64,000 nucleotides of DNA. Source: a virus. Taxonomy: Duplodnaviria; Caudoviricetes. The position numbers and the translations under genes are program-made. The notes under the pieces were generated by a model. The model had not been told where the DNA came from. It ran no database searches and was given only the letters and a program-made list of their open reading frames with translations. Location of the stretch: positions 15,099 through 79,098 of the IMG/VR virus record IMGVR_UViG_3300031260_000038. One strand, 5' to 3'. Positions 1 to 10,184 of this stretch are shown piece after piece (the first letter of the stretch is position 1; every line of letters begins with the position of its first letter).

Positions 1-2
1 AT

Positions 3-863
3 TTTTCTGTATGCATGGGAGCTTATGATTTTTCAACAGAAGAATTTGTGTTAGATGAAGGATTTGTTACAGATAATATTTCAAGAAGCCTTGTTATTAA
101 AGGCAAGACAACTTTTCCAGTTATTTCCCTGCTAAGAGTTGACAAGTATAAGAAAAAGGGATATAATATATCTAAGAAAGAAATGCTAAAACTTGCACTA
201 CAAGTTAGCGAGCTAAAGTTTAATAATTGGAATGAGTTTAAGCAACACTTCACAGGAATGTATGGTTCAACAATAGATGTTATCTTTAATGAAAAAGAAA
301 TTGGTGATTTCTCTATTGAAAAAGCATACGATGTTCTTGAAGATTTTGAAAACAATAGTGAAGCTGAAAGATGTGTTCCCTTTGGTTTAACTCTAACAGA
401 ATTGTTATATAAAATTAGCAAAGAAAAGATTAAAGTGTTTTTATTTAAAGAAAGATATTATTTTTATAACGGCTATAAATTTGAAACAATAACAACAAAT
501 AATATTGAAGAATTAGAAATGTTTGAAGTTGTAGATATTAAAGAAGTAATGCCAAAATACCTATACAAATATGTAAAGAAAACTGCTGATAATGGCAAAT
601 ATATTTCCCGCTATTATAAAGACTTTGTGTATGAATCAAATAAAATAGTTAAAACTGATAATAGCAGAGGATTGTTTTTTACGACAAAAGAAAGTATAAA
701 ATCATATAAAGATGTTATTTTTGATAGCAATGCAAATCAAACAGTTATAAAGGTTGCATATAATACAGACGATATTATTAATATTCATGCTTCAGAGATA
801 ACCCTTAAAGAGTGTTATGTAATTGAAGAGGTTTTAAATGAAGAAATTAAAGATATTTATTGA
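3..863 (+). CDS. Phage protein, possibly nucleotidyltransferase-like (5' end outside window)
   Basis: Frame is open from the window edge (FSVCMGAYDF); the SLLRVDKYKKKGY motif recalls phage nucleotidyltransferase-like proteins. Confidence 0.35.
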   Translation, partial: FSVCMGAYDFSTEEFVLDEGFVTDNISRSLVIKGKTTFPVISLLRVDKYKKKGYNISKKEMLKLALQVSELKFNNWNEFKQHFTGMYGSTIDVIFNEKEIGDFSIEKAYDVLEDFENNSEAERCVPFGLTLTELLYKISKEKIKVFLFKERYYFYNGYKFETITTNNIEELEMFEVVDIKEVMPKYLYKYVKKTADNGKYISRYYKDFVYESNKIVKTDNSRGLFFTTKESIKSYKDVIFDSNANQTVIKVAYNTDDIINIHASEITLKECYVIEEVLNEEIKDIY

Positions 864-1422
864 TTTTGATGAAGTTATAGCCGACACTTCTCAAGCCATA
901 TGCGACTATTACAACAATAATTACTACCATAGAGAAGGGTTTCAAGAAGCTATAATAGAGAACATGATGGAATATGACTTTACAGACGCTTGCCCGCTAA
1001 TGACAAGGGCTGAAAGAATGTTTATGTTTGATAATCCTAAATTTTTCGGCTATCTTAAACCTAAAGACAATGTGCATTACGCTTTGAGAAACCCCTATTT
1101 TGAAAAGATACTTTGCACGACAGCCTCGCTAGAAAATACAAGGCTTAAAACCAAGTGGCTTAGAGAGTATGAAATACCAATAGATAATCATATATTCCTA
1201 AGTCATGGTGTGCCAAAGAGTGTGTTGAAAATGGAAAAAGACTCAGTGTTTGTTGACGACCATCATGATAACATAAATACTGTTTCAGCGGGCTTTAGAA
1301 TACCATTTGGCAGAAGAACCAACTGGAACAAAGATTGTAGCGACTACTATACATGGTGTCACGACATGATAGAATTAGATAAGGAGTTGTATAAAATAGC
1401 CGCCTATGAGAAAAACACTTGA
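838..1422 (+). CDS. HAD-family 5'(3')-deoxyribonucleotidase (NT5C-like)
   Basis: IFIDFDEVIADT (DxD motif I) and VFVDD (motif IV); nucleotide-metabolism context. Confidence 0.75.
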   Translation: MKKLKIFIDFDEVIADTSQAICDYYNNNYYHREGFQEAIIENMMEYDFTDACPLMTRAERMFMFDNPKFFGYLKPKDNVHYALRNPYFEKILCTTASLENTRLKTKWLREYEIPIDNHIFLSHGVPKSVLKMEKDSVFVDDHHDNINTVSAGFRIPFGRRTNWNKDCSDYYTWCHDMIELDKELYKIAAYEKNT

Positions 1423-1600
1423 TTATTGTGTCTTGATAAATCCAACTGATAAAATGTCCGTGCTCTCGCTTGAAAAACAGCACTATAGCATAACTAAAGT
1501 TGAACAAACAAAGAAAGGATTTTATGTTTATGGACTAATAATGGAACATGAAGACGCTACTTGCAAAAAAGAATTTGAAAAAAGTAAAAGAAATTATTAG
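1406..1600 (+). CDS. Hypothetical protein
   Basis: 64-aa ORF overlapping the upstream stop. Confidence 0.5.
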   Translation: MRKTLDYCVLINPTDKMSVLSLEKQHYSITKVEQTKKGFYVYGLIMEHEDATCKKEFEKSKRNY

Positions 1601-2875
1601 AAACAAAGCCAACGTGGGCAGAGTTATGATTAAGTATAAAAAGAAAGGAGAGCATAGTGCGAAAAGGAATTAAGTTTAGAGCATATCCGAATAAAGAACA
1701 GCAAGACTTAATAAATCGTACATTTGGCAGTTGCAGACTTGTATATAATAAAGGACTTGCTATGAGAAAAGAAGCTTTTGCTAATGGTCAAAGCGTTGGC
1801 TACAAGCAGACATCTTCTATGCTCACTTCACTGAAGCAGGAAGAAGAGTTCTCTTTTCTCAAAGAAGTTGATTCTATTGCATTGCAACAGTCGCTTCGAG
1901 ACTTAGACAGAAGTTTTAGTATTTTTTTCAAGAAACTTGCTAGATACCCAAAGTTTAAGAGTAAGCACAACAATCGTCAATCATACAGAACCATAAATCG
2001 AGGTAGCAACATACGCATTGCAGGAAGATATATTAAACTACCTAAGGTTGGATATCTAAAAATCAAACAGTCTATGAAAGTAGGTGTTATACACAACGTA
2101 ACAGTAGAGAGAACGCCAACAGGAAAATATTATGTTGTTCTAAATGTAGAATTTGAGCCAAAGATTTTTGAAAATAGTGGTGGGGTAATTGGTATTGATG
2201 TAGGCATTAAGGATTTTTACTCAGACAGCAATGGTAATACAGTATCTAATCCAAAATATCTTGAAAAATCAATGTATAAGCTGGTTCGTGAACAGCGTAG
2301 GTTATCACGAAAACAAAAGTGTTCAAACAATCGTAACAAACAGCGTATAAAAGTCGCTCTGGTTTACGAAAAAGTTGCTAATCAAAGAAATGATTTTTTA
2401 CAAAAGCAATCAACTATATTGGTTCGTGAAAACCAAACAATCTGTATAGAAGATTTAAAGGTGAAAAACATGATGCGTAACCGCAAATTGGCACAGCATA
2501 TTGGTTCTGTATCATGGGCTAAGTTTTTTGAAATGTTGGAATATAAGGCTTTGTGGTACGGTTGTAAGATTAAGAAAGTGCCGACAATGTACCCAAGTAG
2601 CCAAACTTGCAATTGCTGTGGTTATAAAAACCCGCTTGTGAAGAACTTGGCTGTGCGTGTATGGGAGTGTCCTAACTGTCACACAACACACGATAGAGAT
2701 ACGAACGCAAGCATAAACATTTTGAACAAGGGGCTTGCTACTGCCTGAGAAATAGCAGATACCGTAGGGCATACGGAAATATACGCTTGTGGACACTATG
2801 TAAGACGAGTTGGCTTGCCTAAACGCAACAGTGGTTGAAGCAAGAATCTCACGACTTTAGCTGTGGGAGTGTCAA
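1598..2875 (+). mobile_element. IS200/IS605-family TnpB-only element 1 (left end approximate)
   Basis: tnpB followed by subterminal hairpin ctcacgactttagctgtgggag and terminal TCAA (2872-2875); no tnpA. Confidence 0.75.
1657..2748 (+). CDS. tnpB: RNA-guided endonuclease TnpB
   Basis: KFRAYPNKEQ N-terminus; RuvC D (GIDVG), E (IEDL), D (DRDTNA); CxxC zinc finger. Confidence 0.93.
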   Translation: MRKGIKFRAYPNKEQQDLINRTFGSCRLVYNKGLAMRKEAFANGQSVGYKQTSSMLTSLKQEEEFSFLKEVDSIALQQSLRDLDRSFSIFFKKLARYPKFKSKHNNRQSYRTINRGSNIRIAGRYIKLPKVGYLKIKQSMKVGVIHNVTVERTPTGKYYVVLNVEFEPKIFENSGGVIGIDVGIKDFYSDSNGNTVSNPKYLEKSMYKLVREQRRLSRKQKCSNNRNKQRIKVALVYEKVANQRNDFLQKQSTILVRENQTICIEDLKVKNMMRNRKLAQHIGSVSWAKFFEMLEYKALWYGCKIKKVPTMYPSSQTCNCCGYKNPLVKNLAVRVWECPNCHTTHDRDTNASINILNKGLATA

Positions 2876-2891
2876 TATAGATGACCACAAA
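2749..2891 (+). ncRNA. Predicted TnpB omegaRNA 3' part plus flank-derived guide
   Basis: Structured non-coding tail between the tnpB stop and right end; by established TnpB biology the guide starts at 2876 (TATAGATGACCACAAA). Confidence 0.6.
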
Positions 2892-3037
2892 GACAATAAA
2901 TAAATACTAATGCTAGAATAAAAATTGTCTTTGGTAGAGAAACAGACTGGAATAGCGGAATGACAGAAGGGAGAGATTATGATTTTTGGGCTGAAGATGG
3001 AAAAGACTTATATTTTTTCTTAAAAGGTCTAAAATAG
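2877..3037 (+). pseudogene. Frameshifted C-terminal fragment of a second NT5C-like gene
   Basis: IDDHKDN/INTNARIKIVFGRETDWN aligns with VDDHHDNINTVSAGFRIPFGRRTNWN of 838..1422 once one missing base is restored. Confidence 0.6.
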
Positions 3038-3041
3038 AAAA

Positions 3042-3290
3042 ATGTTAAGATATATTTATAAATTTAAGGTTGCGATAACACCAGATGTGTTTCTAAGGGC
3101 AAAAAACAATATTCCAGAAACAGTAACAAAAACAGAAATTAAAAATAATATTTTATTTATTTCAGGAACTTATTGCTGTTATCCAAATGAATCTAAAAAA
3201 ATATTTGAAAACATAAAAAAAGATATACGTTCTTGGTTAGAGATACGAAGCATAAGATTAGTATATCTTATTGATAAAAGTTTGTATTAA
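3042..3290 (+). CDS. Hypothetical protein
   Basis: 82-aa ORF in operon. Confidence 0.5.
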   Translation: MLRYIYKFKVAITPDVFLRAKNNIPETVTKTEIKNNILFISGTYCCYPNESKKIFENIKKDIRSWLEIRSIRLVYLIDKSLY

Positions 3291-3303
3291 GGGGAAAAAT
3301 AAT

Positions 3304-3723
3304 GTGAAAATAAATTATACTATTGATGAAAAAAACAGAAAAATTATAGGTGAATACACATCTAAAAATAATGTTAGATACCGAGCTACAGCAAAGTGTT
3401 TCGCTACAGATGAATATAGCGAAGATAATGGTAAAGATATTGTTAAAGCTAAAATAAAAATTAAACAACTTATTAGGTGTCATAATGAAGAATATAAGAG
3501 AAATGAAAATTTAAGGGAACAATTAGAACGCTCTGAAAAGCGACTGATACGAATAGAAAGCCAATGGATAGAACATGTGGCAGAATTAATTAAGAAGGGA
3601 GTTTGTTGTGATATGAAGGATATTTGCCCTGAATGTGGTAGTACAGAATTTATTTATAATGATGATATAGCACTATATGTATGTGCTGTATGCGGTAAAG
3701 AGCTAAGTATATATATGCAGTAA
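3304..3723 (+). CDS. Hypothetical protein with C-terminal zinc ribbon
   Basis: GTG start after GGGG RBS; CPECGS...CAVCG. Confidence 0.55.
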   Translation: MKINYTIDEKNRKIIGEYTSKNNVRYRATAKCFATDEYSEDNGKDIVKAKIKIKQLIRCHNEEYKRNENLREQLERSEKRLIRIESQWIEHVAELIKKGVCCDMKDICPECGSTEFIYNDDIALYVCAVCGKELSIYMQ

Positions 3724-3735
3724 GGAGAAATTATA

Positions 3736-4026
3736 ATGGATATTGGAGAAGCAGTAACAGCTATGAGATGTGGCTATAAAATAGCAAGAAAGGGTTGGAA
3801 TAGCAAAGACCAATGGATTGCTCTAAATCCCAGTTCTGTAATAACTGTTAGTGAAGGCAGACCTTTGGCAAAAAATATAGCAGTAGGAACAAAAGTAAAA
3901 TTTCAAGAATATGTTATTATGAAAACTGTTCAGAACACTATTGTTCCGTGGCTATGCAGTCAAACAGACTTATTAGCAAATGATTGGATTGTGGTAGGAG
4001 AAGGAGCGGAAGAAATTGACAATTGA
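3736..4026 (+). CDS. DUF2829 / Tad2-like protein
   Basis: GYKIARKGWN and PWLCSQTDLLANDW motifs typical of DUF2829. Confidence 0.7.
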   Translation: MDIGEAVTAMRCGYKIARKGWNSKDQWIALNPSSVITVSEGRPLAKNIAVGTKVKFQEYVIMKTVQNTIVPWLCSQTDLLANDWIVVGEGAEEIDN

Positions 4027-4805
4027 ACAATGGCTAGGGGAAAATAACAAAATAGGAATTGATATTTGGAAACAAAAATATCAACAAAACAATGAAAGTT
4101 TTGAAGAGTGGCTTGACAGGATAAGTAATGGAAATAAAGAAATTAGACAGCTAATAAAAGACAAAAAATTTCTTTTTGGTGGCAGAATATTGTCTAATCG
4201 TGGTATGCAAAATCAAGGTAAAAAGGTAACTTATAGCAACTGTTTCTTTTTAGGAGAAGTTGAAGATACTCTTGAAGATATTTTTGATATAGCAGGGAAA
4301 ATGGCAAGAACATATTCTATGGGTGGTGGCTGTGGAATAAATTTAGGAAAATTAAGACCAAATGGTAGTGAAGTTAATAATAATGCCAAATATTCTACTG
4401 GTGTAATACCATTTATGGATATGTATAGTAAAATTACTGAAACTATTGGTCAATCAAATCGTCGGGGTGCACTTATGATTACATTGCCTGTAGACCACCC
4501 TGATATAGAAGAATTTATATCTTGCAAGGCAAATTTGGATAAAGTTTTAAAAGCAAATATTTCAGTTTTTGTAACTGATGAATTTATGAAAGCAGTAGAA
4601 AATGACGAAAATTTTATTTTAAAATTCTTGGTAGAGCAAACAGGAGAAAAAATAGAAAAAACTATTAGAGCAAAAGAATTGTTTTATGAAATTGCTTATC
4701 AAGCTTGGGATAATGCAGAACCAGGCATTCTTTATAAAGGAGCAATAGATAAATATAATTTAATGAGTAATGTGCCAGAATATAAAATTGGTGGCACTAA
4801 TCCGT
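4016..4805 (+). CDS. nrdJ: Class II (B12-dependent) ribonucleotide reductase, exon 1
   Basis: FLFGGRILSN, TYSNCF, GGGCG, NRRGALM motifs; ends ...GGTNP plus T of the Cys codon. Confidence 0.88.
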
Positions 4806-5058
4806 AAACTAAAATGCGGATGTAAAAGTGAGTGAATTGCTGGAAACCCCTTAGAGCCTTAGATACCAAAGTGTAAAAATTCTAAGGATTGGGCAATCAG
4901 CAGCCAAGCTATCAGAGATAGAAGGTTCAACGACTACTGGAGTTTAGCGATAAACTTAATAACCAGATACAGCGCTCACCTACCGACCATCAATGATTGG
5001 GAGATGATATAGTCTAGACCACAACGAGAAATCGGCTTGGGAAACCAAGTGTGGTAGG
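4806..5058 (+). ncRNA. Group I intron (IA-like, 253 nt, no homing endonuclease)
   Basis: P1 ATCCGT/GCGGAT with U-G at the splice site; P aattgctgg, Q aatcagcag, R gttcaacgacta, S gatatagtct; ends in G; splicing restores NPCGEIPL in frame. Confidence 0.92.
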
Positions 5059-6566
5059 GTGGTGAAATTCCGCTTACAAAAAACTCAGCCTGTTTGCTTG
5101 GAAGTATAAATTTATCTGAATATGTAAAAAACCCATTTACAAAAGATGCTTATTTTGATTTTGCAACACTTAAAAAAGATGTTTTTTATTATGTAAAAGG
5201 GCTTAATGAATGTTTACAAGAAAACATTGAATTTATGCCACTAAAAGAACAAGAAGAAGCGGTAAGAAAATATAGAGCAATAGGTCTTGGCTATTTTGGC
5301 TCTGGTGACATGTTCATAAAAATGGGGCTAAGATACGGCTCAAAAGAGTCTATAGACCTTGTTGATATGATTGGTTATGAAGTAGCGAAAGAAGCTGTTA
5401 TATCAAGTAGTAAACTTGTTAATGAGTTCCCTATGCCTGATATTATTAAAGATAATGCTGAAAAAATATTTTCAAGTAAGTTTTATAAGGCTCATTTTAA
5501 TGAAGGAGAAAAGTATTTACCTATAAACACTTCACTATTAACAAGTGCTCCTACAGGAACATTATCCACAATGTTTAATGTTAGTGGTGGAATAGAGCCA
5601 ATATTTTCATTAAAAATGTGGCGTAAAACAGAATCACTAAATAATGGCAAAGAAACAAGCTATGAAATAGATATACCTGTTATAGAAGGATGGAAAATGG
5701 CTAATAACACAACAGTTTTGCCAGAATGGATTGAAAGGTCTACAGCACTTACTCTTAATATAGAAGAACGAATAAACATTCAATCTGCATGGCAAAAACA
5801 TATTGATAATGCCATATCTTCAACTGTAAACCTTGCTGAAGAAACAAGCGTTGAAGACGTTATGAATTTATATATGTCGGCATGGAAACAAGGTCTTAAA
5901 GGAATAACAGTATTTAGAACAGGGTGTAAACGTGGCGCTATATTAACAACTAAAAAAAAGGAAAGCACAATAACAGAAGAAGATGTTTTTGAAGAAGCAT
6001 TGGCATGGGGAGATACTCTTGACACAAGTGATGATTTAATTGGTCTTAAAAGAAAAATAATGTCTGGTTGTGGTTCGCTACATATTTTAGCATATTTTGA
6101 TTATGAAGGAAGACTTATGGAAATATTTTTAGATAAAGGTTCTACAGGTGGCTGTTTTAGTTATAGCAATGGATTGTCGAGAATGATAAGTATTGCCGCT
6201 AGGTCTGGTGTAGCTTTCGATAAAATAATTGACCAATTAAATTCTACATTACCTTGCCCTAGCTATGTAGGAAGAACTATAGCAAAAGGAGATACAAGTA
6301 GGGGTAAAAACTGTCCTAATGCTATCGCAAATGCTTTAATAGAAATGAAGCAAGAAGTGAATACTATACTTATGCTTGATGAAGGCGGTGTCAAAGAAGA
6401 GATAAAAAATGTAAAAAATAAAGATGATTTGCCACTGTTGACAGAAGACGAAATATTAGATGCTAATATGTGTCCTATTTGTTACAAACAAGGACATGAA
6501 GAAAAACTTAACGCTAATTCTGGTTGCTTTTCATGTTTGAAATGTGGCTATAGTAAATGTGGATAA
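5059..6566 (+). CDS. nrdJ: Class II ribonucleotide reductase, exon 2 (spliced product 765 aa)
   Basis: CGEIPL..ACLLGSINL, RAIGLG, SAPTGTLS, KGITVFR; TSCPD-like domain and C-terminal zinc ribbon. Confidence 0.88.
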
Positions 6567-6583
6567 AAGGAGATATAAATAAT

Positions 6584-6772
6584 ATGTTGTACAGAGTATT
6601 TATTCCAGAAGAAGAATATATGCAGTTTGATTTTAAATCAGATGTAAAGCCAGATAAAGGAGATATTATACTTTATGGCGATACTTCTTATAAAGTTAAA
6701 AGCGTTTGTTTCGGCATAGAGAACAATGTGTGTGATGGGTTTATTGACATTACCGCTAAGATAGTAGATTAA
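6584..6772 (+). CDS. Hypothetical protein
   Basis: ATG after AAGGAG RBS. Confidence 0.5.
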   Translation: MLYRVFIPEEEYMQFDFKSDVKPDKGDIILYGDTSYKVKSVCFGIENNVCDGFIDITAKIVD

Positions 6773-6844
6773 ACAAAAGAGCCGATAAGATAATAGTCAA
6801 AACTTGTCGGCTCTAATCTAAAAAACAATAGGAGAAAAAAATAA

Positions 6845-7276
6845 ATGAATAAAGTTAAGATTAAATATTTTGATAAAGAAATAGACAAAATTGAAAAAAT
6901 TAAAATTGGCAATTGGATTGACCTAAGAAGTGCTGAATCAATTTCTTATAAGGCAGGAGATTTTATTAAACTTTCTTTAGGTATAGGAATGAAGCTACCA
7001 GAAGGATATGAAGTTAATATAGTGCCTAGAAGTAGCACATTTAAAAATTATGGCGTTATTCAGACTAATTCTTTTGGTGTAGTTGATAATAGCTATTCTG
7101 GTAATGGTGATTGTTATTTTTTTGTCGGCTATGCTCTAAGAGATGGGGCTATCAATAAAAATGATAGAATTTGTCAATTTAGACTTAATAAAGTCATGGA
7201 AGATATTGAATTTGAAGAAGTTGAATATCTTGACGAAATTGACCGTGGTGGTCATGGAAGTACAGGTAAACAATAA
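6845..7276 (+). CDS. dut: Trimeric dUTPase
   Basis: DLRS, IVPRSS, GVVDNSYSG, RGGHGSTG motifs. Confidence 0.92.
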   Translation: MNKVKIKYFDKEIDKIEKIKIGNWIDLRSAESISYKAGDFIKLSLGIGMKLPEGYEVNIVPRSSTFKNYGVIQTNSFGVVDNSYSGNGDCYFFVGYALRDGAINKNDRICQFRLNKVMEDIEFEEVEYLDEIDRGGHGSTGKQ

Positions 7277-7297
7277 TAATAGAAGCGGAGACAGCAT

Positions 7298-8134
7298 ATG
7301 CACGTAGGATATAAAGAATTTGTTCTTAACAATGATGACTTGGCAAGGTTTTATCAGGAATTTGTAGATTTAGGTCTTAAATATAACGAATATTTAGTTT
7401 TAGCAGATGAAGAAGGCAAGGTTCTTGATGTTAAAAAATTTAAGGGAGACCATTATGACAATATTTCAAAACATTCTCTTAAAACAGCTTTCTTTGATGA
7501 AATAAAGCCTAAAGATGTATATCAAAGAATGGCAATAGATAGCCTTTTCAATGACCAATTTACAGCCATAACAGGTAGTGCGGGGTCTGGTAAGTCACTA
7601 TTCTCTCTGGCTTATCTTATGAGACAAATAGAAACAGGAAAGCTTGATAAGATAGTTATTATGTTTAATCCTGTAAAGACAGCGGGAACAAAAGATATGG
7701 GTTTTTATCAGGGTTCATTTGAAGAAAAAGCACTACAGCAGTCTATAGGTAATATGCTTATATCTAAATTTGGTGACAAGAGTTTTCTTGAGCTATATCT
7801 TGCACAGGGGAAAATAAGGCTTGTATCTATGGCTGATGGCAGGGGCATGGAAATAGGCGATGGACAGGCACTGTATATAACAGAAGCACAGAACACTACA
7901 GCAGAAGTTATGGGTCTATGTCTATCACGTGTGTCTGATAAAGTAAAAGTAGTTATAGAAGGTGATTATTGTACACAGGTAGACGATAAGTGTTATACAG
8001 GGTCTAAGAATGGTCTACATGCCGCCATAGAGCTGTTTGCAGGAGAAGATATGTTTTCATGTGTTCAGTTTAAGAACGTGTACAGAAGCCGTATAGCCGA
8101 CATTGCGAGCAAATTACTAAGGAGTGATTCATGA
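7298..8134 (+). CDS. phoH: PhoH-family ATPase
   Basis: Walker A GSAGSGKS; GRG...ITEAQN; EGDYCTQVD; YRSRIA. Confidence 0.85.
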   Translation: MHVGYKEFVLNNDDLARFYQEFVDLGLKYNEYLVLADEEGKVLDVKKFKGDHYDNISKHSLKTAFFDEIKPKDVYQRMAIDSLFNDQFTAITGSAGSGKSLFSLAYLMRQIETGKLDKIVIMFNPVKTAGTKDMGFYQGSFEEKALQQSIGNMLISKFGDKSFLELYLAQGKIRLVSMADGRGMEIGDGQALYITEAQNTTAEVMGLCLSRVSDKVKVVIEGDYCTQVDDKCYTGSKNGLHAAIELFAGEDMFSCVQFKNVYRSRIADIASKLLRSDS

Positions 8135-8250
8135 TATATTTAATTTTGTTTGTGGCAGGAATTATTTTTGAAAAATTATTTTCACCTTTAATTGATATGA
8201 TTACAGAATATTGCGGAAAGCCACTTCTTTAGGTGTGGGATGGATAGCAC

Positions 8251-8279
8251 TTGACAACATGCACATTATGTGATATAAT
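8251..8279 (+). promoter_or_regulatory. SigA-type promoter of tnpB-2
   Basis: TTGACA-17-TATAAT with extended -10 TG. Confidence 0.8.
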
Positions 8280-8285
8280 GTAAGT

Positions 8286-9767
8286 ATGAACACGAAATTA
8301 TTTTATACAAACAGTAAAAAAGAGGTAAACACTTTGTCAAATTTTATTCTAACTTTAAAGTTAAATGCTGAGAAATATCAACAAGACATACTGGATAAAC
8401 GACTAGATATAAGCAGAACGATTTATAATAGTTGTTTGGGCGAATTATTTAAAAGATATAACACCATGAGACAATCTAAGGAATATCAAAAAACACTTAA
8501 AATGACAGCAGGAAAAGAAAGAAATAAAAGGTTTAATGAATTAAATAAAAAATATGGATTGACAGAGTATTCACTTCACGAATTTGTTAAGCCTGTACAA
8601 CATCATTTTAAAAACAACATAGACAGTCACACGGCACAAAAAATCGCAACAAGATGTTTTAACGCTTTTCAGAAACTAATGTTTTATCAATCTAAAAAAG
8701 TATGTTTTAAGCGGCATGGAGAAATGAACAGTGTTGAAGGAAAATCCAATAAGTCTGGTATAAGGTTTAAAGACAATAAACTAATATGGAACGGATTAAA
8801 AATAGACGTAATAATTAAAAATAACGATAAATACACACAAATGGCACTAGGAAATAACATTAAATATTGCAGAATCGTTAGAAAACTAATTCGTGGAAAA
8901 CATAAATATTATGTTCAGCTAATATTAGATGGAGTGCCACCAATGAAAATTAACAGACACACTGGCGAAATTAAAAACGGCATAGGCAATGGAAAAGTTG
9001 GTATTGATATTGGAACAAAAACCGTGGCATATGCTAGTAAATACGAAGTCAAGCTGTTAGAACTAGCACCAGAGATAAACAACATAGAAAAAGAAAAACG
9101 CATACTTCAAAGAAAGTTAGATAGACAGCGTAGAGCCAATAATCCTAATAATTACAACGAAAATGGTACTGTTAGGGTTGGCGGTAAATCAGCAAGGTTA
9201 AAATGGACAAAATCTAAAAAATATATTAAAACACAAAATAAATTAAGAGAAATCCAACGCAAGCAAGCCGATATAAGAAAACAATCACACAACAAGTTAG
9301 CCAACCATATTGTTTCATTGGGTAATGAAGTATACGTTGAAACTATGGATTATAAAGAGCTTCAATCTAGGGGTAGAAAAACAAATATTAATAAGAAAAG
9401 GTTTGGCAAATCATTAGCTAACAAAGCACCAAGTATGTTTTTAACTATATTGGACAATAAGTTGAAATGGCACAATAAACGATTGTTAAAAATAAACACC
9501 ATAAAGATTAAAGCAAGTCAATATAACCATGTGAAAGATGAATATATTAAAAAAGACTTGTCTGATAGGTGGAATGATTTTGGTAGTTTCAAAATTCAAA
9601 GAGATTTATATAGTAGTTTTATAATAATGTGCACTAAAGATAACCTAAAAGAAACAGATAAAAAGCTGTGTATCAAAGAATTTGAAAATTTTAAAATGCT
9701 ACACGATATCGAGATTAAAAGAATAAAAAACAGTAAAAGTAAAACAATATCTAGTATGGGGATATAA
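8286..9767 (+). CDS. tnpB: Long TnpB variant lacking the zinc finger
   Basis: RuvC D (GIDIG), E (VETM), D (QRDLYS); no CxxC pairs. Confidence 0.8.
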   Translation: MNTKLFYTNSKKEVNTLSNFILTLKLNAEKYQQDILDKRLDISRTIYNSCLGELFKRYNTMRQSKEYQKTLKMTAGKERNKRFNELNKKYGLTEYSLHEFVKPVQHHFKNNIDSHTAQKIATRCFNAFQKLMFYQSKKVCFKRHGEMNSVEGKSNKSGIRFKDNKLIWNGLKIDVIIKNNDKYTQMALGNNIKYCRIVRKLIRGKHKYYVQLILDGVPPMKINRHTGEIKNGIGNGKVGIDIGTKTVAYASKYEVKLLELAPEINNIEKEKRILQRKLDRQRRANNPNNYNENGTVRVGGKSARLKWTKSKKYIKTQNKLREIQRKQADIRKQSHNKLANHIVSLGNEVYVETMDYKELQSRGRKTNINKKRFGKSLANKAPSMFLTILDNKLKWHNKRLLKINTIKIKASQYNHVKDEYIKKDLSDRWNDFGSFKIQRDLYSSFIIMCTKDNLKETDKKLCIKEFENFKMLHDIEIKRIKNSKSKTISSMGI

Positions 9768-10184
9768 AATCCATATAGGTTTTGATACGAGCCTAATGCT
9801 ATCGTTAAAGTAATTCATTAGAATATGCTTAGATAGTGAAAGCCTTAGAGAAGATAATTAGTTTTTATATGTTGTAATAATTCTTGAAATTATGAGAGTA
9901 TAGAAGAAGTTATAATATCTAAGAACCCTACTGCTTTAGCCGTAGGAGTATCAGAAATGGGATTTCATTGTGATGCACAAGGAGAAGAGATAGAAAGCGA
10001 AGGAGAGCCGATAGATGAACAAGTGTGATAAATGTATGTTTCTTTATACATATTATTCTGAAAGAGAAAATAAATATAAAATAATGTGTGATTATCATGG
10101 AAAAGAAATAGAAAAGATAAAAGACAAAGATTCTTGTAAATACGCCCTTTATAGAAACGATGTAATAAAGAAGAGGAAATATTA

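Larger units (their letters stand above)
8211..9954 (+). mobile_element. IS200/IS605-family TnpB-only element 2 (left end approximate)
   Basis: Left hairpin aagccacttctttaggtgtgggatgg; right hairpin cctactgctttagccgtagg ending TCAG at 9954. Confidence 0.75.

Noticed and set aside
8135-9954. IStron, since element 2 ends in G
   Set aside because: No group I intron core at the left end of any of the three elements
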